Below, piece by piece: positions 1 to 11,650 of a DNA stretch of 64,000 nucleotides. Location of the stretch: positions 5,394,001 to 5,458,000 of the forward strand of contig CDPCPM010000239.1 of assembly GCA_976551045.1 (NCBI GenBank), in the 5' to 3' direction. The translations under genes and the position numbers were made by a program. The notes below the pieces were generated by a model that did not search any database, was not told the origin of the DNA, and saw only the letters and a program-made list of their open reading frames with translations. How positions within the stretch are numbered: the stretch's first letter is position 1; every line of letters begins with the position of its first letter. This DNA comes from Glaucostegus cemiculus (Eukaryota).

Positions 1-89
1 AGGGATGGTGAGGAAAGTAGGTTGAATTATAACAAGTTTCTGAAGGATTTCAAAGACATATTTGGATGCAAGCAAAACAAAAACCCCGA

Positions 90-500
90 ACAATAACATC
101 ATAATCGTGAGAGAACTGGAGAAGTTGATGTTCTAAATGATCAAAGCGGCAGAGAAGAGATGAATGGTTGAAGTTTTTAATTAATGTTTTCCAACATCAC
201 TCTTTGGAGAGCAACCTCACTTGCTCATTTTATTCACAATATCCTGAAGAATATTAAATTCAGGCACTGAATAATATTGTGAAGGAATTATTAGCCACTG
301 GTGAAGATCAACAGACATTTGAAAAGATACTATATTTGATTTGGTCAACAATAAGCCTATGAGCCTCACAGCATATTCTAAGCATGAGGTGGGATCACCA
401 TCTATATTACAACAAATATCTAGAAGACAATGGAAAGTGCAAAACACTGCCAAATAGAATTCTTCATGTCTTCATGAGCACCCTTTGATCATTTGTGAGA
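90..500 (+). mobile_element. Ancient RTE-like LINE reverse transcriptase remnant
   Basis: Broken plus-strand frames give IIVRELEKLMF*MIKAAEKR*MVEVF, RATSLAHFIHNIL, GEDQQTF, LQQISRRQWK and FFMSS*APFDHL, in the order of the RTE RT motifs KAAGxDGI..E, RGISLL, GEYQCGF, LRQILEKxWE and FIDFKKAFD. Confidence 0.5.
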
Positions 501-514
501 AATTCCTCTTTAAT

Positions 515-715
515 CAGGCATATGGTCGTACAGTGCAGAGATTGCCCCTTCGCCCCACCACATCCAGGCCCAGCTTTTGACCATCTACAACCATCCCATT
601 TGCCTGCATTAGGTCTGAATCCTTCTATTCAGCTACCTTGCCTATTCGACTACCTGTCTACATATTTCTTGAACATAGTGATTGTATCAGATTCAATTAT
701 CTCTCCATGTATATA
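515..715 (-). mobile_element. CR1/HER1 LINE 3' end fragment, old
   Basis: Resembles the reverse complement of the 3' tail of the CR1 copy at 38529-39744 (gtacagtgcagag..gccccttcgcccc; tacctgtctacatatttcttgaac). Confidence 0.55.
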
Positions 716-1282
716 AAAATAAAACTTCTGGAGTATGTACAAGTACAGTCAAACATATAAGTCCAAACAGCCCATATTTTTTGGAAAATATGGAAGAGTC
801 CATATTTTCAAATCAAAATAAAGAGAAATAGTTTCAGGCACAAGTTTGCAAAAGGATTTAAATCTATATGCAAAAATATGTTAAATGTCATTTATAACAT
901 GTAAAACTTTGTACAAATGCAATAAAGTAATTTGTATAGTCAATGGAATTACATTCATAAAGGTAATCTTAGAAAGGGATTTGCATCAACTATTTTGATG
1001 AAAAGCAATTAGCAAAGTTAATAAAGTAGATATGAAGTGGAGTTGTTGATTAAATCATTAGAAAATGCAATGATTAGAAAGAATACGACTTCACATTTGC
1101 ATCATGTGCAGTTTACGCCATTATATCACAAATATCTTCCTGCATTCAATAAAGTACAAAAAGTGTAAAACTGATTCCAGTGCAAAGAAATTGACTTTAA
1201 GAAAGGATGAAAGAAACTTGAGCTTTTCATTCCAGAACAAAGGCAATGGGAAAATCTCACTGAACGTTACAAAATGTTAAAT

Positions 1283-1470
1283 AAAAACAGAAAATCCTGG
1301 AAACACTCAGGAGGTCAGGCAGCATCTGTGGAAAGAAAACAGTCAACATGTCAGGTCAAAGACAAGGATTGACTTGGTTTGTCTTTGCCTTATGTGTTGA
1401 GTCTTTCCAGCATTCTCTGTATGTTATCTCAGATTTCTAGCAGCCTGCATTTTTGTTATTTTTGTTTATA
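1283..1470. mobile_element. Penelope pLTR-derived palindromic short element
   Basis: Arm ctggaaacactcaggaggtcaggcagcatctgtggaaagaaaa with a degenerate inverted arm (gttgagtctttccagcattctctg); same family as 2526-2724. Confidence 0.65.
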
Positions 1471-2525
1471 AAATGTTTAGTGGCAAAAATCATGAAAATC
1501 ATATGAAGAGGCAAGCTGTCTTATGACACAGGAATACACCCTCACCACCCAACAAAACCCAACTCCCTACCTTTCCTCCAACTACTCACCACTACCTTTG
1601 ACTCTTCCTGCACCAAGCAGTCAGGCAACCTAAGGGAAGTATGTGTGAATGGGGCAGATCTTCTGCTGACTCCAAAGTCAATGGTTATCTCGCTAGGACC
1701 ACACTGTTTCTTCCAGCATGATTCCTGGTGCTGGTTTCTATTGGGAGGCTGTCTCCTGCTCATCATAGTGTCCCAGAGCAGGATCAGACCATAAGTAAGT
1801 AGCTGGCTGCACTCCCAGAACAGGTATGACAGCCTCTGAAGCCCTGCACTAGGCTTACTGGCTATCAATCCTGTTATTAAAATGGAACATTTGTGAATGC
1901 CTTTGATATTGGCAAACAATCAAGAGGACTCAGAACCTACTGTAACATGGAAATGTTTAAAAAATTAAAAACACGCACACATATTTCAAACAATGAAATA
2001 TTGATTAAGGTTAAAAAGAAAGAAGTCTCCTTTCTGATCAATAGCCATTTGTTCCCATATGTCTGTGTCAGGTTGAGTGTGGCAGTGGCTTAGTGGGCAG
2101 AATATGCCAGCTTGTGAGACTGCTCAGCTGAGTGCAAGTGTTCTGGGACTGGCACTCAGCTGAGCGAATGGCTGAAATTCAGCCTATGCCCAGAAATCCC
2201 GAGCTTGTGCTCAGGTAAGTGTGTTAACACTGGCACTGCTGTTTGGCATTTTAAATGGAAGTTCCGGGCCATTATTTCAAAACAGGCAAGAAAGAACAAG
2301 AACTATGAGACAAAAACAAAGTCAAGAATAATTTTGAATGGTATCAGGAAGGAGTTCAAATTGGATTGCACTCTTGCAACTTAAGATAATGGAAGAGACA
2401 CATTTGGCTTGTTCAGAATGCATACACATATTATGATGGGAAATAAGGATTTCAGAGGCTGAATGTGCATTAATGTTTTCTATGTGATGCATCCATGATC
2501 CAAATGGACTAAATGTCAAAACCTG

Positions 2526-2724
2526 GAGGCACAAGAGACTGCAGATGCTGGAATCTGGAGCAAAACATGAACTGCTGGAGGAACTCAGCAGGTCAGGCAG
2601 CACCTGTGGAGAGAAATGAACCATATGATGAAGGGTCTCAACCCAAAACGTCTACTGTCCCTTTCACTCCATAGATGCTGCCTGATCCACAAAGTTCCTC
2701 CAGCAGCTCAATTTTTGATCCAAA
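2526..2724. mobile_element. Penelope pLTR-derived palindromic element with decayed hammerhead core
   Basis: Inverted arms ctgctggaggaactcagcaggtcaggcagca / tgctgcctgatccacaaagttcctccagcag flank atgatgaagggtctcaacccaaaacgtctactg (2625-2657). Confidence 0.8.
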
Positions 2725-3884
2725 TGTAGAAACTTACCTTATCCAAAATAATTTCTCATTTAGGATTATGACGTAAATAAAATGGTATTGCAGGCTTGAT
2801 CTTGGTTTAAGAAACATCATTTTGTGCAATTTTGTTTGGATCTAAAGTAACTTGGTACTGAAACAGCAGTCAAAAATTGAATTAAGGCAAGGTCAGTCTC
2901 TGGTAAGAAGCAGATTAGTGAAATGTGAGAGGTTGGATAATAAATTATCAGCAAACTCAGTGACAAACTCCAAAGTTCAATTACAAACAGTAAGGATACT
3001 AGCAAAAAGGTTTGCAGAAGTCCATTTCAAGGGAATCAAATGTTACATTGCTCATGAGTACCTCTTTACCTTTATTTCAAATATCAGAAAATGTCTCTTC
3101 ATTCCCCACTGGAATGCATGGACCTCTGTATAGGTCTGGTTCCATGGCTAATTCTCTCCATTAGTTCATCTTTTTAACATTTTTATATCATTCTTTGAAA
3201 TAAAAAAAACATTATCAAAAGAAAACCAGACACCATTTTACGAGTAATAGTGCCAGGAACAGTGTAATCTTTTCAGCTGTCACTCTGCATTGTTTAATTA
3301 TAATCTATCTGCTATAACTGATATACTGATATGCAACCAATTTTGGAAAATCCACATTCCAACAAAAATGCACTGTACCTCATTTGTGCCTCAGTATGTG
3401 CATCGAATTCATAACAGGTTCCTGTTTTACTATTTCACAAGACTGAATTCCTTTGTGAGAGCTAGGTTTGTTGGAAAGCAATTCAACTTTTTCAATGACC
3501 TGTTCCATAACAAAAGAAATCTTGTTATATAACTAGTTATTGAAAAAGTCCATGCTCTATGTCATCCTACGCTTGCAGCTGAAGAAGCTGGCACACCAGG
3601 AGATTACATAAGTACATCTTAAGGTGGAAGAGTCAAAGACAGCAAATGAGAAAAAACACTATTAATTTTATCAGAGGATCTTGTTAGGTTTGTCTTGTCT
3701 CTAAAATATTTACTCCAATATTCCTTTGGAATTTCTCTTTGGTTTTGTGTATCTATAATTTAATTACCAAAATAAAACCGCTTGAAGCGTTATTTTTGTG
3801 GTGAAGTCATTTATCTAAATTCAAGTGCTTCCTTATTCAGACCAAACTGATTTTAAATACGGTTGATTTATCTAATGATATAAA

Positions 3885-4110
3885 AAAAAATAAAATATTG
3901 GAAATTCTGAGCAGGCCAAGCAGGCATCTGTGGAGATAGAAACACAGGGTTAAAGTTTCATGCCGATGACTTTTTATCTGAGTTCTGATTAAATGTCATC
4001 AGTCTGAAATACAAAATTTGTTCCTCTCTCCACAGATAATGCCTGTTGTTGTTATGTATATTCATTATTTTCTATTTCATTTCAGATTTCCATTATCTTC
4101 GGTACTTTAC
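3885..4110. mobile_element. Penelope pLTR-derived palindromic element, old
   Basis: ctgagcaggccaagcaggcatctgtggagatagaaac ... ttcctctctccacagata, with a central inverted pair gtttcatgccgatgac..tctg / ctgattaaatgtcatcagtctgaaa. Confidence 0.65.
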
Positions 4111-4169
4111 TTAGATCATCGATTTGGTGAAGCTGTATTTCAAATCAATTCTCCCACCTTCTTATCACT

Positions 4170-4221
4170 CAGTAAGTAAGTAAGTAAGTAAATAAATAAC
4201 ATATAATATATATATATATAT
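4170..4221. repeat. (AGTA)n/(AATA)n/(TA)n microsatellite
   Basis: agtaagtaagtaagtaagtaaataaataac followed by an atatatatata run. Confidence 0.85.
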
Positions 4222-4849
4222 TTGAAGTTAAATCATCATGCAGATTACTTTATTGGCAGGCGCAGGATGAATGGGTTTCTTGCCACAAGTCTGTGATAAC
4301 ATCAGAACATTTATAATTTCCTGCCATGACATTGACAGAATGAGAAAGTGCTTAACTTCAGGTGGATGGACGAGTTGTTTTTCCTTCTCCATAGATGCTG
4401 CCTGATCAGTTAGGCATTCAAGTAGAAATTATTCAAAAGAATGATGCAATAATTAATAATCTGAACAAATTTAATTTCTGATTTTAAAAAAATGGCATTA
4501 TCTTTCCATTAGCTGATGTAGTTCCTAAACTTGCGTTTTAAGTTGTGACATCCAATCATGAGAATTCTGTTCTAATTCCATTATTTTTCTCCCAATGATA
4601 TGTTGTTCTGACAAAGATATCTGCTCACTAAATCTTGGGGAGCAGTTCTAATCTAATCTTCTCAGAGTATCCTGGATGGGTGGATGGATATAATTGCCCA
4701 GTTCTCACCTGCTCTCCTAACAGATGTTGAGCATGCACCACAAAGATTTATGGGATGTTTTATGGTAAATGCATACGAAGGTCTCAAATATGTCATTGGG
4801 ACTTGCAGACTGTGAAAATGTCCCACCAGAAACTTGAGAGAAGGAGAAT

Positions 4850-5560
4850 CATTGAGTCAAAGCGTGGAGAAATGGATCATTCAGACCATCAAGTCCACAC
4901 TGACCTTTCTGGCCATCAACATTAATACTATTTACCTTCTATGCCTTGCCTCAACAACAGCGTGTTGATACAGTTAGGAGAGCCACTGCCTCACAGTGCC
5001 AGAGACCCAGGCTCAGTCATGACCGTGGGTGCTGTCTGTGAGGAATTTGCATATTCTCCCTAGTTCCCTCCCACCTCACAAAGACATGCAGATTTGTAGG
5101 TTAATTGGCTACTGTAAATTGCCCCTTGTGTTTAGGTGAGTGATAGAATCTGGAGGGAGTCCAAAGGAATGTAGGGAGAATAAAAAATGGGATTAATGCA
5201 GTGAGAGCGTAAATAAAAAGATGTGGTTGGTGGTTGATTTGGACTCAGAGGGTTGAAGGGCTCATTTCCATGCTGTATCTCTGCATGACTCCATAACTAT
5301 TTGGCTAAATGTCTCTTAACCATAGTAATTTTATCTGATTCCACCACCCCCTCTGACAGTGCGTTCCAGACATCAACCAGTCTCTGTGTGAAAAAAATCT
5401 ACTGCACAGATTCTGTTTAAAGTCCCACCTCAGATCTATGCCCTCTTGTTTTTGACATCCTTACCACAGGGAAAAGATTGACAATCTACTCAATCTACAC
5501 TTCTCTTAATCTTATGTACTTTTATCAGGTCACGTCTCAGCCTCATTCACTCCATGGAAT
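4850..5560 (-). mobile_element. CR1/HER1 3' fragment interrupted by a SINE
   Basis: Tail-like 4850-4950 resumes at about 5300 (ctaaatgtctcttaa..ccaccacc..ctctgacagtgcgttccaga..ctctgtgtgaaaaa). Confidence 0.6.
4957..5298 (+). mobile_element. tRNA-derived V-SINE (HE1-like), older subfamily
   Basis: tRNA-like head (gccactgcctcacagtgccagagacccagg), V-domain-like tgctgtctgtgaggaatttgcatattctccc, and CR1-like tail gaagggctcatttccatgctgtatctc. Confidence 0.8.
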
Positions 5561-6399
5561 CATGAACAAAAAATGCACTATTTTTTTATTAAATATTTTT
5601 CTTTTGGAGCAGGATGAATGGGAGATTCCCACAAAATGGGTGGGCAGAAAGTTCCTCCATTTATGTCTTTTTGGCTATGTTATTTTCTGCCTGTAACATC
5701 CAGTATGGGTGAATACGAGGACTAAATTAGGGTCAGCTAATGAAATCATCTGGGTATCATGCTGCTGATGGGGAATGAAATTGTTTGCTTGAATTTATAT
5801 CACAGGTACACTAACAATTTCAAATTCAAACCTCTGATAAATATCATCAAAGCAAACCCTTGCAAGTTTCCCTCTTGAAAAGATCGATATTATTGAACAC
5901 ACTACTGCAAACTTGAGGAGTAGTTTGGGGAATATGGAGAAATATTTCAGAGTTTTATTTGACCTATGATTCAAGCAGTTGGATAGAGCAGTGTTTTGAT
6001 CCTTTCAGCTAAACTCCAGGTGTAACCATCAGAAGACCAAAGAACTCAAAACAAAACTGCACATATCTCCTCAAATATTTCTGCAATACATCAAAAACCA
6101 ATCTACAGGTAATGATCAACAATTACATTGTACCTTGGGATTGTTTAACTTGAATACAATTTATATTTCTCATAAAGTATAGGAGGTTTTTGTGCAGGAC
6201 AGCAGAAGGTATTGGAGCAGAGAATAATTTGCAATTTTTAAAATGGGATTGCAGGAGCACAAAAAAAGATGCTGAAATCAGTTCCGGAGGGCAATTAAGT
6301 GTGAATCAGATGCAGTAACATATAAGATAAACAAGGATGTTTGCAATGGTGGGCACAAACCACCTTCAAGCTTGAAGCTCAGATGTGAGTGAAGTGCAG

Positions 6400-7280
6400 T
6401 GCTGGGGCTCAATACAGCTATTTTCAGCCTCATTGTGCAGGGAGGAGGGGAGATGAAAAGCTTTTGGACAGGATTTCATATGCTAGGTTTGGTTTTTCCA
6501 ATCTTTATTTGCAGGAACTTCGAGGTATCAATGCTCTAATGTCAGACTGACATTCCTGCAGCCAAAAAGTGTTCAAGGAAATGGCGATGGGACAGAGTTG
6601 ATGTCATGCAAACACATGTGCCTGCTTAATCTGTGCATATTGACCCACTAAGGGGCAACAGGTAATCAAATATGCATTGACAACTTCAGGCAATATTCCC
6701 TTGTGCATTACAAATAACTTTAAGGTGATGAGAATCTGTGTTTTTCTTCCCAAAAACACATTATGATTTCTTGCTCCACATCCATAATTGTGGCCATTTG
6801 GAAATACTTGCTTGCTTTAAATAGAAAAATTCTTGATGGATTTGCTATTTTCATCTGTTCTTCTGGCTTTATTGGCATAAGGACCTGTGCCTAGATTCTG
6901 TGGACAATAGATGGACCAATTTGTGTATGAGGAGATGGATCAACTCCAGAGGTGACTGTGTCATGGGGAAGGCAGTTAAAGATGACACAATGATGAGGGA
7001 TGTAACCCAAAGTGGCAATAGCACAGGAAAATAACATCTTTCTTCATCAAAAACACCCATACAATTTTATTCTTGGTAAATGAGTGAACTGACAAGGCAA
7101 ATTGTAGGAATGGAGTAACTTACAGGTTGGACTAGCATTAGCTGGCATGTGGATGTGTGCGTATGTAAGAATGAGTGACATGTTAGGGCAGGATTTGAAT
7201 TCAGAAATAGCATGTCCAATACTATCCTCACAACATAGCTGTGTATATCTTCCATTCCTGTTCACCAAAAAAAATTCAGG
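6400..7280 (-). mobile_element. Decayed PIF/Harbinger transposon with transposase remnant
   Basis: Minus-strand broken frames near 6670-6835 give QEFFYL, VFPN, NHNVFLGRK, KVICNAQGNI and PEVVNAYL, resembling the HARBI1-type F..FPN, V(F/Y)xNRK, Q(V/L)ICDA and PGSVHDA motifs. TIR-like aaaattcaggc at about 7270. Confidence 0.4.
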
Positions 7281-8357
7281 CAGACAAATAAATAAACAAA
7301 AATACTTTCATGTTATTTGTTTTAGCGAGAACACACAAGCAATTACGGTTCACCTTTGTAGTTTGTAGTTTATATCCATGCAGTCCTTCAGTATAGCTTC
7401 ATATCTCACACTCTATCTTTTAGTGACACATGTAATAGGTTTCACTGACCTTTAGCTTCTCACACCCCTTTCTTGCAACTTTTATCTCAAAACAAATGGC
7501 CTTGATAGAGATGTAAGATACAAGCTGATCTTTATAATGGCTTGAGATTTTCATCACCAATAACACAATGTCATTTGTCTACCTTTTTTTAACAATTCAA
7601 TTCATTTTATCAATGAATCATTTAGCAACAGAGGGTAGCATTCAGATGGTATCAGATTCTCATCTGCACATAACTCCAAATAATAATACTTTGATAACAC
7701 AATCGATTCATAAATACATCATGTTATAAACGAGTACAGTGTTTAATTTCTGTCTTTACATTGGTCTTTTGGGAGGCAAGCTATAAAATGAAAACTGTGA
7801 ATGTTGGAAAACTGAAGTGGAATTCAAACAAACTGAAAGTGCACACCATGCTAATCAATATATGAAGATAAATGATTTATTAATATCTTGGATGGACCAA
7901 CCAATCAGAAATTGCTTTCAATAACAGTTTGGGCTGAAGAACAGAGTGGTGAACATCATATAAACAATCACCTGTCTCCCTTCAGATGACTCATTGTGCA
8001 CCTCCACCACGTTCCATCTGTCTTATTATGGTGGCCACTCTGCTTCCATCAAAGAGGAACCAGGGGCAGAAAAGAAAAGACAGAAAACTTACATGTTTAA
8101 AAAATAAATATCAATGTATTTTTTATGATGATATAGATGTCGTTTAGGTTTCAGTGCTGGATACTCCAGACTGTGTTATGCAACAGAATTCTTTTCAATT
8201 GTGCCATGAGATTGAAATGCTGCAACTTTTGAATTTTCTTTAGCAATGAATGAAAATCTTTGTACGTAAGGATTAAAGTTCTGAGAGAACCTGGGCATCA
8301 GTATGTTGCATTCTGATCAAGTCCCAACTCCGTCTGCATTACTGCAGAAAGATATTA

Positions 8358-9455
8358 GGCCAGATTTTCCTGAATAGGATCTACTGCCTTCCACATTCAC
8401 CGTGCCAGCTCCAGAAGCCTGAATTTGCCAGACAATACTGGGGCAATCAGGCCCTTGCTGATGCATGATGTTATATGATGGCCCCACCCAGAAACCCCTC
8501 TGGAAACCACTGACATCTGCTTTTAGTTTTACCACCTGTTAAAACAGTCAACATTTTTATTTGTTTCTCAAGTGTTTTTGATGCCCAGAGGTGGTTTTGG
8601 TTTGATGGTACATACCTCTCATTGGCTTCTCCATAGAAAATCACCAGCTATTTGCCACTTGTGTTACATGTTGTCTCTCTCTTCTACATTTGCACGTTGA
8701 AATGCAGACATCCAATGGAAGCTGGTGGTAAGGTGATGGCACATCTAATCTCCTGCTTCAATACTGGATTCATCATTGATTTCTGTGGCAGAACAATGAT
8801 TTGCTAAACAGAGGGCCAGGATGCACTTCACATCCAGCCCCTCAATTTTATGATGCATCATCCTATTCATTTGAATCAGATCACCAATCATAAGTAAAAA
8901 GTTTTACCTATTACTTTATCTATGTTTTCAACTAATTTCTCATACTTTATTGTACTTTCCAAAAATCATTTAAATTATAAAATAAAGTTCATCAGTATAT
9001 TCAAGCAGAGGTCTGCGAACATGCCACTTGAATCCTGCTCCACTTCCCTGGAGGACTATCAGACACGGAGGGTCACCTTAGCCAGCCCACTGTAGCTATA
9101 ACAAGTTCGTGCAGGTAAATGGACTTTCAGTTCAGGCAATGGCTAGATCTCGGATGAGCTGATGATTTAAAGATTGTTAAAAAGGAATAGAAGATGAAAA
9201 CAATTATAATATTGCTAAACAATTAAAAATCAATTATATTTCAAACACAAAAATAATGTAAAAATATAACATTTTTGCCCTTTCTCCTATCATCCCATTT
9301 AAATGAAGGGGCTGTTGGATCCTCCACCATATCCATGCTGGCACAAGGCTCCAAGAGTAGATTTCCCTGCTCATATGCAGGGGAATTTAAGCTGGAAAAC
9401 CACTGGTGGAGCAGTTCCACGTGGAACTTCCAACAAAACCCAGGAAAATCTGAGC
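8358..9455. mobile_element. Non-autonomous PIF/Harbinger-like DNA transposon (about 1.1 kb)
   Basis: Inverted termini aggccagattttcctg (8357-8372) and caggaaaatctgagct (9441-9456) match at 14/16; flanks are tta and tag. Confidence 0.6.
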
Positions 9456-10689
9456 TAGTGAGTTTGGACAGAGCACTTGCGAACTGAAAGCAGTTTTGAT
9501 CATGTTGATAACCTTCCCAATTCACCTGTGTTTACAGAAGTAATGTACTCTTGGAGATGGGAATTGCTATCTCAGAAACAACTGGTGCATTGCATAACCT
9601 GAAGAAATCAAAAGAAAAATAACAATGGATATACTTAAAACATATGATCTTACTTTATATTTTGAAAGTGCAAAGACATTAAAAATAAAAAAAAAACAAT
9701 GTTCTTGCTCCATGGAACAACCCTGGAACCTCAGGTGAGCTTATTCCAGAAAATCTTCCATGGTAACAACAGCAGGAACCACACTGAGATAGCTACTGAA
9801 TTATAATGATCATAGCAAGAAACAGTAACACTGCCAGAGGATGTTAAACCTAATTCAATTATATTCTTTCACTTTTGACTATTCAATTATGTGCCTTACG
9901 TTCTTTGTAGCAATTCCATGTTTACAATACATTAAAAGAATGTTATTACACCAACCATTTTAATGAAACATTTAAACAAGATTATCCATGTTTGACTGTT
10001 ATGCCAAATATAGATTTACATTAAAACTGTATTCTATGATTGCAAATTAATCAACAACTTTAAAAAAAACAATGCATGTAATTCTGCATCCACAAATGTG
10101 AGAATATTGGATCATAATACAAGAACACTGTGGAAAACACCGAGCATTCGTCCCCAGCCAGCTAAACCCAATTTCTTTCACCAGCATTTAAAACTAAAAG
10201 GTTGTTTTTTTTCACCCCACGTAACACTTCCCATATTTACTCTACAGTGTTCTGCAGCATCTCAAACAACATTAGATCAGGTCTGATGAATCCATTTTGA
10301 TGTGGGGTTAGAACTCCTGTTCCCTGCTCCACCTTATTTACAACTGATTGCCAAAATGACCAACTACAAGCAATAAATAATTGCATGGGTCAGGCAGGTG
10401 AGGCATCATTGCAAAGATCATGTAAAGGTAGACACTTGTGGCACAGGTCAGACTCAGGTGGTCAGCACTGACACAGGAATAATGAGAAACCCCTTTTATA
10501 TTGTTTTGAAACTAGCAGCATCTGGTGATTAATCTATTACTGAGGCACAGTTGTCACACCTGGGTTTGGATGACTTTTCCAGAAAGGTTAGGTTGGTGTC
10601 AGCACAACTGATATAGGAAAATTACAAAGACACGGAGATCACAACCACTCTGTGCAGCAAGGATGCTGTACCACCTTTAAAACCTATTA

Positions 10690-11230
10690 TTATTTTCAGT
10701 GCAATGCTGTGTAATAAAAACTGAGAAACAAATGCAATGATAGCAGATGATTGACTGTAATGTAGTTTTGTGACAGAGGGCAGATTGTCATCAGGAAGAG
10801 AGAAGCGTTGTATGGTGTTTTTGCGAGCCACCTGAGCTCGCAGACCATATCTCAGTCAATATTTCGAGTGTCCCCAGTCTGATTTTTTTTTGTGCGCTAT
10901 TGCTTTATGGCAATCCTTAAAAAATCAGTATGAGTTTTTTTTATTTGATAGGTAATCAGGTAATAGGCGATTGTTGAAAGAGCTGACATTAGTATTTATA
11001 ATCCTTATATGACAACCGAGCAACTAGAGAAAACAATGGAATATCATTTCTGTGCAAAGATTAATGAAGTGCTTGAAGCAATTCCCTTTAGTCATGACAA
11101 TACCTTCTAATTAATGCAACCAAATAGGATACGTTTACGGGAATCAAATTGCTGACTGCTGAAAATGCAAAACGTGTAAACTGGAGGTCCTTTCATGCCT
11201 TATTAGTGCTTGTGTCACCTGTCTGATACT
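10690..11230. promoter_or_regulatory. Putative conserved non-coding element (enhancer-like)
   Basis: No TE-like motifs, retained CpGs, and clustered TAAT/ATTA, TGACA and ACAAT motifs. Conservation not tested. Confidence 0.4.
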
Positions 11231-11299
11231 ATCACTGACAACCCTTTTCATTCCCATGTATTTTGTCCAAAGTTAACTGTGGTGCTTGGTTTCGAGCTT

Positions 11300-11650
11300 A
11301 TAGAGTCATTGCATCATACAGCATAGAAAATAGGCTCTTTGGCCCACCATGTACACCAACTATTTACACCAATTCTACATTAATACCATTTTATTCTTCC
11401 CACACTCCCATCAACTCCCCCCAAATTCTACCATTCATCGACACTCAGGGCAATTTACAGTAGCCAATTAACCTCCCAATGTTTACGTCTTTGGGATGTG
11501 GGAAGAAGCCTTGAGCACCTGGGGGAAACCCACATAATCACTGGGAAAATTTTCAAATTCTACACAGACAGCACTGGAAGTTACGATCGAAACTGGGATG
11601 CTGGAGCCGTGCGATAGCAGCTCTCCTGTCCCATCCCTGTAGTTGGCCCG
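11300..11650 (-). mobile_element. tRNA-derived V-SINE (HE1-like), older subfamily
   Basis: Reverse complement of the 4957 SINE: gggcaatttacagtagccaattaacc..tctttgggatgtgggaagaa..gaaacccaca..cacagacagcac. Confidence 0.8.

Noticed and set aside
217-453. Minus-strand ORF with plausible acceptor and donor (DICCNIDGDPTSCLEY..)
   Set aside because: The opposite strand carries ordered RTE RT motif remnants, so this is best explained as an antisense open frame of a LINE fossil.
1542-1919. 125-aa minus ORF with splice-like sites
   Set aside because: No recognisable domain, its acceptor phase does not fit the upstream candidate exon, and the region resembles non-autonomous DNA-transposon sequence.
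8317-8535. Terminal-exon-like ORF (VVKLKADVSGFQRGFWVG..)
   Set aside because: Lies almost entirely inside the TIR-bounded element 8358-9455 and crosses its end.
9241-9525. 94-aa minus ORF
   Set aside because: Crosses the right TIR of the same element; no donor or homology.
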